This document shows positions 22,926 through 33,189 of a DNA stretch of 64,000 bases, in pieces; position 1 is the stretch's first letter; the number at the start of each line of letters is the position of its first letter. Below the pieces are notes generated by a model. That model did not search any database. It was not told where the DNA came from and saw only the letters and a program-made list of their open reading frames with translations. This DNA is from Balamuthia mandrillaris (Eukaryota). Made by a program: the position numbers and the translations under genes. The stretch is taken from the NCBI GenBank assembly GCA_031835245.2, contig JAVKOQ020000046.1:1-64000 (forward strand), written 5' to 3'.

Positions 22926-25900
22926 ATGCAAAAGAACAAAACGGATGAGCTAGAACCCGATGGACCGCGCTTATACCAACAACCACAACCACTACAAAAC
23001 GGCGAAAAGAAGACTCACACCACAAAGAGCAGGACCAAACACAAGGTCCGATACCGCAGCTTCTCCTGCATCACCTCTACTGATCAGGCTGCGATGGCCG
23101 CTGAGGCCCAAGCCCAAAAAGCAGAGGAGGAGCAACGGGCTCATCAACAACCAAACAACAGCAACACTGATGAGACGATGGGGACTATGCCTCCTGCCTC
23201 TGTGATTTATTTCCCCACGTCGAAGAACGCAGAGGAGAACAGAGAGCAGCCGCAACAACCATCACCAGAACAAACACAGCTTTCCACTTCTGTCCCTGCA
23301 GGAGACTCGATGAGGAAACTTGACGAGCAGCAAGTGCCCTCTTCTGCGTTCCTGTCTGCTGCTGGCCCTCTGTCTTCTGGACATTCTTCTACTCCAACGT
23401 TAACAGCAATGAAGAATGGGCAAGAAAAAGCAAAAGCTCCCAAGCGACGACTGAAGCGCAGTCTTTCAACTTCTAATGCTCTTTCTTCTTTGTTGGAGAC
23501 GCGAGAAAAGGGGGATGATTTCTCCTACTCCTCCTCTGTTTTATCGCCAAATGCGAACCGGAAACCTTCGTTTGTATCTACTTATGCTCAGGTACTCATC
23601 TCGCTCTCTTCTCTCTTCGTTCCTCTTATGCAACACTTGTTATTAATGATGGTTTTGCCCAAGTAGCACCGGCCCACTCCACAGGCTTCGTTAGCAGATA
23701 TAGCACAAGATCGCTATTACAAAGTAGGAGAGAAGGTACCTTTTGACGAAGACAGAGAGCATGAGTTCAAGCAGCTGCACCAAGTGGACAAACCCGTAAA
23801 ACGAATCGCCGAGTATGCGGGCAAGTACATCAACGCTTTCCTTAACACCAACGGAGGAGTGTGTTACTTTGGTATCGATGACGATGGTGTGGTCCATGGT
23901 GTACACCTTCCTAGAGCATCCAGGTATACCGTCCACTTTGTTTTTTTTTTGGTCTTGTTTGTTTCATGTTTCGTTTGTTGCCTTATGCTTTTCATTGTTT
24001 ATGTAATCCCCCTCCTTTTGGGGTTCGGCATTGTCATTTTAACACAACAAAACAGGGACGCAGTACGGTTACACGTAGATGGAATTGTGGAGGCCTTTTG
24101 GCCCGCTGTAGATGCAAGGACTTGCGCCATCGTATTCGTGCCATTGGCTCCACCAGCCAACCCCGATTTTTATGTGATGGAACTGCACGTCAGCAAAGGT
24201 ACTGCGCCTGTTTATTTGATGAGCAGGAGCCGTCCGACGGCCTACATTCGTCGTGCAGGAAGTATTTATCAGATGAGCATGGAAATGATATTGCAAAGAA
24301 TGAACTTCACCATGAATGCTTCTGGCTCATTTTTTCAACCTATTCAAGGCACTCTTCTCTCTCTCTCTCTCTCTCTCTCTCCCTCCCTCCCTCTACTTTT
24401 TGTAGTTAACTGGTTGTATAGATAAGTTAACTTACAAGTTGGAAGCTGCACCACGAGATTTCGTTGGCCGGAAAGGTGAGCTGGAAGAAATTATTGCCAC
24501 GGTGGAACAATCCGAGGAACATGTTAAAGTCGTGTGCCTCTATGGACAAGGCGGCGTGGGTACGTTCTTTGCTCTGCAATCTTTGCGTTTCTTTCTTTAG
24601 GTGTGCAGTCAAGAATTAATGAATTTGTTCTCTTCGCTCCATTCCGTTTTGTTTTTTCTGAGCACAGGAAAGACAACGCTCAGTCGCCGCTTAGCGGCAA
24701 GCATGGCAAGCAGCTATCCTGACGGCCAGTTCTGCATCAAGCTGAACGGCTCCACCTCCAAACCAACGGAACCCTATGACGCAATGGTCTACACCATTCG
24801 TGCTTTCAACCCTTCCATCGACATGCCCTCCAGCGCCACCGAAGTGGAGGGCTACTACCTCTCTTGCTTCAACCAAAAGCGAATGATCCTGTTGTTGGAT
24901 GATGCTTCTACCATCACCCAAATCACCTCTTTGATCCCTCGTTCCACTTGTCTCGTTATCATCACCTCTCGCAGAAACTTAGGACTTGAGTCTGGAGGCG
25001 AAGTAAATGCAGTTTGCGTCAAGAAATTGGGTAGGCTCTCCAAAGAAGAAGCCAAGTTGATGCTGCTTCAAATGGAAGCCACCCAACCTCCAAAGATCAA
25101 TTATCCTCATATGCTTGCTGCTTCTCCCAATCATCAACTCCAACCGGCCCTCACTTCTTCATTTCCTGAGCCACCTCTCTCTCCGCCTTCATCGCCAAGA
25201 CTTGGTTCTTCAGAAGCCTTCTCAGACGGACCTTCTTCAACCTCTGCTGTCTCTTCTCCTCCTGGATCTTCATCCACTTCAATTCCTTCCACCAACCCTT
25301 CAACGTCCCAAGCAACACATGCGGAACCTCGGTTAACCGAAGAACAAGCCGAACGGTTAGCAGAGTTATGCGGTTACCTTCCTTTGGCATTGCGAGTTGT
25401 TGGTGGCACTCTCGCCAAACAAAAGAACTTGAAAGCGGCAACCCTCATTGAGCGACTGTCAAAAAATGAAGCAGAGATATTGCGGCTCGAAGCCAACACA
25501 GTCGAGATGTGCATTAGTGCTTCCTACGATTTGTTACCTCCTAAATTGCAGCGACTATTCCTTTCATTGTCTCTCTTTCCTGGTACTTTTGATGGTAAAT
25601 ACCTTCACGGTCTTATGCTTTATCCTATTCCATTCCTAACACAACTAACTAACGTAACCCAAACCAAAACTCAGAAATGGCAGTTGCACATGTCTGTGGG
25701 GCAGACGAAAGCGTGATAGTGGAAGGTCTAAGCGAGCTACTCACCAGTAGCTTATTAGAATTCAATCCGGTGGCTTGGAGATACCATCTCCACGATACGG
25801 TGCGAGTCTTCGCCTCCATCACAGCAATCAAGCACGATGAGGAGTATAGACAGAAACAAAAAGCAAAACTCGCAGAACGACAACGCTCCGACGTTGTTGC

Positions 25901-28900
25901 AGATGAAAACAAACTTTCGTTGTTGTATTTGTGGAAGAATCGTTTCGTGGAATACTTTTACAACCTGTTGGAGAAAGTGAACACGTTATGCAAGAAAGGT
26001 GGAGATGACCTACTTTCCGGCTTCAAGTTATTCGATTCAAACAGCCACAACATCAAAGAGGCGATGCGGCTCTGCGTGATGGAACTGCACAAATATGACC
26101 TGTTTTGTGGCTTTGCTAGGCTTGGAAAGTACATCTTCCGCACGAGACTGAATCCATATTCCTTCTCCGAACTCTATCAAAGCTTGTTGGGAGCAGTGGG
26201 AGAACGTTCAGCAAAGAAAGGAGGAGATGACGAAGAAGAAGAAGAAGAGCTACAAGGTTTGAGAGCACAACGGAAAAAGTTATCAGGAGGATTATCCGAC
26301 ACGGACCGCGTGTTGATTCTCAACGAATTGGGATTTGCATATTCTGCACAGGGCAAGTACGATGTCGCCGAAAAGTGTTATGCAGAGTCTCTTCGCATCG
26401 CAGAAGAACACGTTGAGGATGGAGATAAGCAGGAAAAGGTTAGTAACGACACCGCGGCAACGAGAAGCATTGGGTTGAAGACATCTTTGGATATGGGCAC
26501 CACCAACCTTTCCATGTGGAAAGGAGCAGTCTCTTCTGCCTTGAACCATCTCGGCAAACTCTACTGCGATCAATGCAAGTACTCTTTAGCTGAACGACAC
26601 TTGAAGAGAGCTCTCAGTATCCGAGAAAACCTCTACAGCCATCTGAAGGCACAAATGGAATCCATCAACATCCATAGCAACGATAAGCAGCAATCCAAAG
26701 AGGAAGAGGAAGAAGAGAACGAATATTTAGAAGTATGTTTGGAGAAGATCGGAGAGAGCTTAATGTCGTTGGGAGCGGCATACACCCAACTCGGAAAATA
26801 CGATGAAGCAGAACAGCTCTTCAAACGTGCTCTTACGATCTACAAACCTGATTATCAATTTACCGAGAACCCTTCTTCTTTATCTTCTTCCTCGTCATTT
26901 CCATCATCAACTGGAGGCGGAAGTAACACTCGTCGTCCATTGTCTCGAAGTGGATGGCGCCGAAGAGAAGGTTTTCGTGAAGTCAATAAGATACTGCGAA
27001 GACATGTTCATGTTCGCCGGAAAGGCAGCGACACCGAAGAAGACTCCAGCTCTGACGATGACGATGATACCAACAAGCGAAACACCACTCAGCAGCAGTC
27101 TTCTTCTCCTTGTTCCTCTGGCCGACACAAAGTAAGAAAACATCGACGTCCAGCCATCGATTATGGATTACAAGTAGCCAATTGTTTGGACCATTTGGGC
27201 AGATTGCTCAGTACCAAAAGCAAATATGCCGAAGCAAAAGCTCTTCACACGGATAGTCTTTTGCTAAAGAAGCGATTGTTGGGACACACTCACCTAGAAG
27301 TTGCCCGCACCAGACAATGTCTGGCCAAAGTGTTGGGCATGGAGGGAAAGTATGCGGAGGCTATAGCAGAGTATCAGAGCTCGATGGAGATAAGGAAGGT
27401 CTGTTTGAGCCCCGAGCATCCGCTTGTAGCCAACAGTCTTAGGCATATCGCTTTCCTCCACTTCTATACGGGTGACTATGACGTGGCTGAAGTAAGCCCT
27501 TCTTTCTTCCAGTTCTTTCAGCTCTTCCTGTTCTTCATTCCCCCCCTCCCTCCTCCTTTTTGCTTCTTTTAAACTCAACTTTGTGTATTTTAGTCGATGT
27601 ATTTAGAAGCGTTGGACATGTTGAAGGAAGTGTTGGGAACAAAACACTTGGAAGTAGCCATCGTTCTCAATGATCTTGGCCTTATCTACAACCATCAAGC
27701 ACGCTACGACGAAAGTGAGCCATTGTTCCTTCGTTCACTACACATTCGTAAAAAACTGTTGGGAGAGCAACATCCTTACGTTGCTGTTGTTCTTAACAAT
27801 ATTGGCAACTTGTACGTCCGTGTGCTTTATCTCCGCTTTTTTCCTTCGTTTCTTCGCTTTATGTTTTTGTTCTCGTTATTTCTGCTCTTGGTCCTAATTT
27901 GCTGACATAAACAAGATATCGAAAACAACGGAAGTATGAAGAGGCGGAGAAAAACTTTGCATTGGCGCTGAAGATACGCGAAAACTGTTTCGGAGAGGAA
28001 CATCCGGAAGTAGCACGCACATTGCACAACATCGCTACTTCCTACTCTGCCCAAAAACAGTACGCCAAAGCCAAAGACCTCTTTGAACGATCCCTCCATA
28101 TCCGAACCAAGGGTATTGTTAATGCTTTCTTGTGTTGTGTGATTCTTTGGTGTTATTTTCATTTTTGTTTTTGCTGTAATTCTAACACTGTTACTCTTGT
28201 TACTTAAATTTTAGTATTGGGACCAGACCATCCCGAAGTGGCAAGCGTATGCAATGGACTTGGCACTCTCCATGAATGTCAAAAGGACTGTGCGGAGGCA
28301 CTGCGTTACTATCGCCTCGCTCTAGATCTCAACCGCAAGTCATTTGGGGCGTACCATCCTTCCATCGGGCTCAATCTTTATAAGATGGGCAACTGTCTGA
28401 GAATGATGAAACAATACGCTGAAGCAGAACCCCTCTTGAAGGAAGCTCTCATTCATACCAAAAAGTGTTTCGGAGGCAACGAATCATCATCCTCGTCTTC
28501 TTCGTCATCTTCTTCCTTGAATCAACGGGATTGTTATTCGTTCAGAACATTACAAAGCATGCAATCGTTGCAAAAGTTTTACAGAGAATGGGCGGAATAC
28601 TGCGTCAACAAGCTTCAATCAAGACACAAAACGGAGAAAGAAGAAGAATCGGAGGAAAGAGAGCACGATCAACAGCAACAACACAAATCAAGAGAAGAAA
28701 GGAAGCAATTAAAGAAACTGCGGAAAGCAAAAGAGATCGAAGAGGAGCAGCTACAACGAAAAGCTGAAGAGAACTTTAAGAACTGCGCTTTCATCCTGAA
28801 AGAAATGGGCAAAGAGGATGAGGCTAACGAAGTGTTGAAACGAATGGAATGCATGAGAGAGCATCAAGAAAAACACAAAAGACGAAAAATCGAAAAGATC

Positions 28901-29185
28901 AAGCGAGAAAGAGAAATGTGGTTAGCGAAAGAACGAAAAGAGCAAACTGCTGCAGCTTCTGCTTCTTCCTCTTCGAAAGGGCTGGCGACGAAAGAAGTGG
29001 TAAAGAAGGAAAACAACAAGAAGCAGATCCAGCAGCAAACCAAAAAACAAAAAGCGCAACCAACGAAAACGAAGGTGGAAGAAGGACACAGTGACTCTTT
29101 CCGGTTTTTCCTGTTGCTCGTTTTCTGTTCGTTGATGGGCGTGTTATTATCGTTGCTCTACTCCCAGGTGTATGGCGCTTCTTGA
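22926..29185 (+). CDS. Schlafen/AlbA_2 - NB-ARC (STAND) - TPR - TM protein (NLR-like), 9 exons
   Basis: Introns reconstructed in frame: 23592-23666, 23924-24055, 24349-24421 (GC-AG), 24560-24667, 25595-25674, 27492-27593, 27812-27915, ~28112-28214. AlbA_2: FDEDREHEFK..YINAFLNTNGGVCYFGIDDDGVVHGV. NB-ARC: DFVGRKGEL, Walker A GQGGV|GKTT, Walker B ILLLDDA, IITSRR, LCGYLPLAL, SYDLL, YHLHD. TPRs with HP(E/L/Y)VA motifs. Hydrophobic C-terminus FFLLLVFCSLMGVLLSLLY. Confidence 0.9.
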
Positions 29186-29226
29186 TCCCTCCATCTTCCT
29201 TGCCTTGATCCCTCCATCTTCCTTGC
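29181..29226 (+). repeat. 23-bp perfect tandem duplication spanning the NLR-like gene stop codon
   Basis: CTTGATCCCTCCATCTTCCTTGC at 29181-29203 and 29204-29226. Confidence 0.9.
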
Positions 29227-29689
29227 TCGTTTGAACCATACTTGTGCTATAAAGTCTTTCGTTTCTGTTCTTGTAAATACTAATATCAGTAAGGGAAAAG
29301 GCAAAAAAAAAAATGAAATAACAAAAATATATATATATAACCTAACGACTCGCTCCGAGGCAACAGTGCCGGCCCCAAAACAGTATCTACAGGCAACCCT
29401 CTCGAAGACATTATCCCATCAAGTAGATAACCTTTTCACCGGCGAGTGTTCCTCACCGTCGGTCACTGAGTGTTGCATTTTTTCAGTACACAAAGCAGCA
29501 ACGAACCTTCGAGAAGGCGTCTTTTGGGACATTTTTCCCGCCAAAACAACCCTTCATTTCCCAAGTCTGCGAGGGCAAAGCGGTGGGGTGAGTGAAGGGA
29601 ATGGATGCTCATTGCGAAGAAACATGACGCATTTTCTGCACCCCTTTTTTTTATTTATTTAAATACCTCCACAATAACCATTGGATTCA

Positions 29690-30481
29690 TCACGCTATGC
29701 GAAAGGTAAGGTTAATTCGAGGCTGAGTGCCCTTGGTCTCTTTGGGCACACTGTGCTTCCAGTACCGCTGTGTCTTGCCCTCCATCAAGATGATTCTTCC
29801 TGGAGTCAACACGTACTCCAGGGAGGCCTTCTTCTCTGTGTACTGCTTCATTAAGAACCGCCGTGTCGCTACCAGGGACAAGGAGGCTATCTTGTTCTTG
29901 CCCTCCGGGATCCCCTCCTTGTCCGCATGAAAGCCGATGTAGTCCCTTCCGTCTCTATACAGGGTGATAAGCACGCAGTTAAAGCGACACCCTCCGCAGA
30001 GCGCCCCTAACTCATCCCTCAGCTTCGCCACCGTGGGCGACCATGGCAATGCGGGTTGCCGCTGGCAGAGGGTGGTGGTCAGCTCTGGGTCGGACATCCA
30101 GGAATACATGCGAGGCGTATTGATGGACTTGCCAAAGATCTTGAACTGTCCCTGGATAAAGTTGGGCAGCTCGAGGAGCTCTTGGAAGAGCTCCGAGGCC
30201 TCGGAGAGGCTGAGGTAGCCAGGGCAGAAGCTTACAAAGCACCCCTCACTTATTTCTTTGCGTTGAATGTTTGCTTTTCTGTTGGTAGATGTTCGTGCTG
30301 GTTCTTCTTTTGTTTCTTCCACTTCTTCTGGAACTATTTCTTTGCCTTTGTGCCGTTTGGTGGACGCGCCCGCTACCTCCTCTTTGTTCTTGTGCTTTTT
30401 CTGCTCTGAGGCATGTTCTTCGTCGCACTTCCGTTTGGTGGGAGAGCAAGAGACAAAGGCTGTTATTTGGGTTTGCTTCAT
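29690..30481 (-). CDS. AlkB-family 2OG-Fe(II) dioxygenase (ALKBH2/3-like), intronless
   Basis: FNCVLITLYRDGRDYIGFHADKE (HxD), IASLSL, WKHSVPK (H), RINLTFR (RxxxxxR). Likely start MKQTQITAF at 30481. Confidence 0.9.
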   Translation of the reverse strand: MKQTQITAFVSCSPTKRKCDEEHASEQKKHKNKEEVAGASTKRHKGKEIVPEEVEETKEEPARTSTNRKANIQRKEISEGCFVSFCPGYLSLSEASELFQELLELPNFIQGQFKIFGKSINTPRMYSWMSDPELTTTLCQRQPALPWSPTVAKLRDELGALCGGCRFNCVLITLYRDGRDYIGFHADKEGIPEGKNKIASLSLVATRRFLMKQYTEKKASLEYVLTPGRIILMEGKTQRYWKHSVPKETKGTQPRINLTFRIA

Positions 30482-30855
30482 CCCTAACTGAAGCCGCAGT
30501 TGTTCACGAAGGAACGCACCAGGCAGTAATGATTCCTGCGAATAAACTTTTGGTACCTTGATTCCAGGGAATATATATATAAGAATTTCTAAGAAAGGTT
30601 TCGCCAAAATATTTACCGAAAAGCTGTGTCGACGTCATCTTGTCTTTTTTGGAGCAATGTTGACGTCTTTCCTTCACCATTACTCCTCAAAGGCTGCACG
30701 AAGGCTGCAGAGCAAAAAGTATTCCGTTCTTTTTCTTTTGTTGTTGGAGAGAAGAAAGAAAGCTGCAAGGCCTGCGGAACTCGCGATCTCTCGGTTGTCG
30801 GGACGGGAAGCTGCTGATCGTTTCGCAAACCACCACAGCAAGGCCTAAAAACACA

Positions 30856-31157
30856 ATGTTTTACATTTGTGGAAGTAAGTCTCACGTTCATGTTGCTGGT
30901 TGATGTCGATGAATGAATCGCTTTTTTTTTTTTTCTCCTTCTAAAAATGACCTCAACAAAAGATTGCCAAGGAGAGACCGACATCCCGCCAAAGGGTGTC
31001 ATCCGTTGCAGGCACTGCGGTTACCGGATCATGTACAAGAAACGGACTAAGCGAGGTAAGTTTCTTCGCTCCAGTTTGTGTTTCTGTTTTGTGTGTGTAA
31101 CATCTCCTGAACTTTTCATTGCTACTTTTCACAGTGGTTCAGTTCGAGGCAAGATGA
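30856..31157 (+). CDS. RPB12: RNA polymerase I/II/III shared subunit RPB12 (RPABC4), 3 exons
   Basis: [44 protein letters not shown]. Confidence 0.95.
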
Positions 31158-31350
31158 ACATATGCCTTCGTACTCCCCGAGAGAGAGCATCCCTAAGAAT
31201 AACGAGTTCCCACACATGTGCCGAAGAAAACTGTTTCCCTGCTTCCCTTTTAAATCCCTTATTTGTTTTTGTTTTTTTAATCCACAAAGAGAGTAAATGA
31301 CCTTTGCTCTATTCTCTTTTTTTTTATCTCTTCGTGAGGTTGCTCTTGCT

Positions 31351-32778
31351 TTATTCATGAGGAAGAGTAGCCACAACAAGCCAAAACAACACTCCCCTCC
31401 ACAAGCACCCCTCATCGATATCGAACATGGGAGCATGATGCGGAGGATACCTACGCTCTTCTCCTTCTCCTTCTTCTTCTTTTGCCACTTCTTCCTTCTT
31501 CTGACCTTTTCCTTCTCGAGGCTGTGGACCAGCTCCAAGGAACCAAAAAGAGCCAGGCCGCTTCCGCAAATACCAAGCAAAGTCCTCTCCACCCATCAAG
31601 AATGGCGAACGTTCCTCCACACTCTCTCCTGCCTTCTTCAAGCCTTGCATGACCTCCCTCACGTGTTTCTCATCATTCCACAGCATGGGATGTCCCAAGA
31701 TCCTCTCTATCTCCACTGCAACACGTTCCGTAGATGACGTTGAAGTGCAAAAGGTGTCAACCACCTTTCGGACCTCTTCCTCCAACCGGTCAAAGAACTG
31801 CAGCCTCTCTTTCTCGGGGAGCAACGTTCTGACGCCATACCAAAGCTCAGCGGTGGAGGGCATGATGTTGCTCCCTTGTCCTGCCCTGAGAATGGTTGGC
31901 TCCAGAGAGCAAGGCTCGTTGGGACCCAACCTCCTCGCCACGAAGCTGTCCAGGCTGGATTGTATGGCGTGGGCTACCCGCAGAGCGTTTACTCCTTGAT
32001 GAGGTTTGGCGGCGTGCCCTCCGCTGCTGCGAATGACTAGCTTGAGGCGGTCGCTGTTGGCCATGCACGCCCCTTTCTGGCTGAAGAACACACCACTTTG
32101 CTCCGTGGAGACTACATGCAGCCCGCACACGCTGTCTATCACTTCTCCTTGTGGTTCGTCACTAGCAGCAGCACCGCAAACGCCTTCTTCTACGAGGGTT
32201 TGTCCACCGGATTTGGGCTGAGGCGCACTGCCTGGGTTCTCTTCTGCTCTTTGGAAGACAAAGCGAAAGTCGTGATGCTGAAAGAACCACTCAGCGGGGC
32301 AGGAGGAGCCCTCTCCTTCTGCCTCGCGAACTATAAGAGAGAAAGCGGCGAGGAGCATGGCTGCATGGGCATCGTGCCCGCAGGCGTGCATCACTCCCGC
32401 TCGTTGCGAGACAGTTTCCCTGCCATCGTCCTCTGTTTCTTGGATGGGCAATGCGTCCACGTCAGCACGCAGCAGGACCCTCCTCCTTCTGTTTGCAGAG
32501 CCTGTGTCTGTGTCTGTCTGTTGGTGGCGGTACTGTCGGTGAGTGACGTCGACGACGAGGCCACCACGCCAGTGGGTCTGAACGTCCACGAGAAGGTCCT
32601 GGCGTTTGCCCAGGCAGAGCCTGTCGATCTGGTGGTGGAGGTAGGCCAGGGTTTGGTCCTCCTCCCAGCGCAGCTCCGGGTTGCGGTGGATGTGCCTGCG
32701 AACTTCTATGGCGTAGCCTTCAACGGAGCGCGCAGCTGCACGCAACCTTGAAATAAAGACGAGCTCTGTGGCTTGCAT
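31351..32778 (-). CDS. Peptidase M20D amidohydrolase (hippurate/IAA-amino acid hydrolase-like), intronless
   Basis: RRHIHRNPEL, LLRADVDALPI, MHACGHDAH, FQRAEE, GGHAAKPH, GEDFAWY, HHAPMFDIDE. Confidence 0.92.
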   Translation of the reverse strand: MQATELVFISRLRAAARSVEGYAIEVRRHIHRNPELRWEEDQTLAYLHHQIDRLCLGKRQDLLVDVQTHWRGGLVVDVTHRQYRHQQTDTDTGSANRRRRVLLRADVDALPIQETEDDGRETVSQRAGVMHACGHDAHAAMLLAAFSLIVREAEGEGSSCPAEWFFQHHDFRFVFQRAEENPGSAPQPKSGGQTLVEEGVCGAAASDEPQGEVIDSVCGLHVVSTEQSGVFFSQKGACMANSDRLKLVIRSSGGHAAKPHQGVNALRVAHAIQSSLDSFVARRLGPNEPCSLEPTILRAGQGSNIMPSTAELWYGVRTLLPEKERLQFFDRLEEEVRKVVDTFCTSTSSTERVAVEIERILGHPMLWNDEKHVREVMQGLKKAGESVEERSPFLMGGEDFAWYLRKRPGSFWFLGAGPQPREGKGQKKEEVAKEEEGEGEERRYPPHHAPMFDIDEGCLWRGVLFWLVVATLPHE

Positions 32779-33189
32779 GCCTCCTGTTTGCTTCCTTCGC
32801 TTTCTTTTAGCTTCGTTTTTGTGTAATGCTGCACCGCCTGCGCCAATGATTTTTCAGACGAAGTGGTTGTTGAGCCAATGCTATTTCTTAAAGAGTGGTC
32901 TAAATAAGGAGAACAAAATATTTATAAACGCGAAACGACATTTCCTAGTTGCGTGGTTTTTTTTTCCCTCTAATAAGTGGGGTTTTGGCGGAGAACAAGA
33001 GGGGCAGCTTGGCCAAAGGTACTCTGCAAATCAGAAAAGGGACACTCTCGGACCGTCTGCGAATCTTCCACCTAATCCCAAAAAAATTGGGGACCGAGAG
33101 GAAAGGACAAGCACCGGCAGAGCGGAGGCGGCAAACCCAGTCGTGTCACTGTATTCTATCAAACCGTCGTGTCCGGCAGAGAAAGAAAA

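Noticed and set aside
18326..30481. tRNA-Ser + Schlafen-NLR + AlkB as an operon-like defence island
   Set aside because: Eukaryotic genes with separate promoters, interrupted by a RasGEF and flanked by housekeeping genes. Proximity alone is not evidence, although Schlafens are known to cut type II tRNAs such as Ser and Leu.
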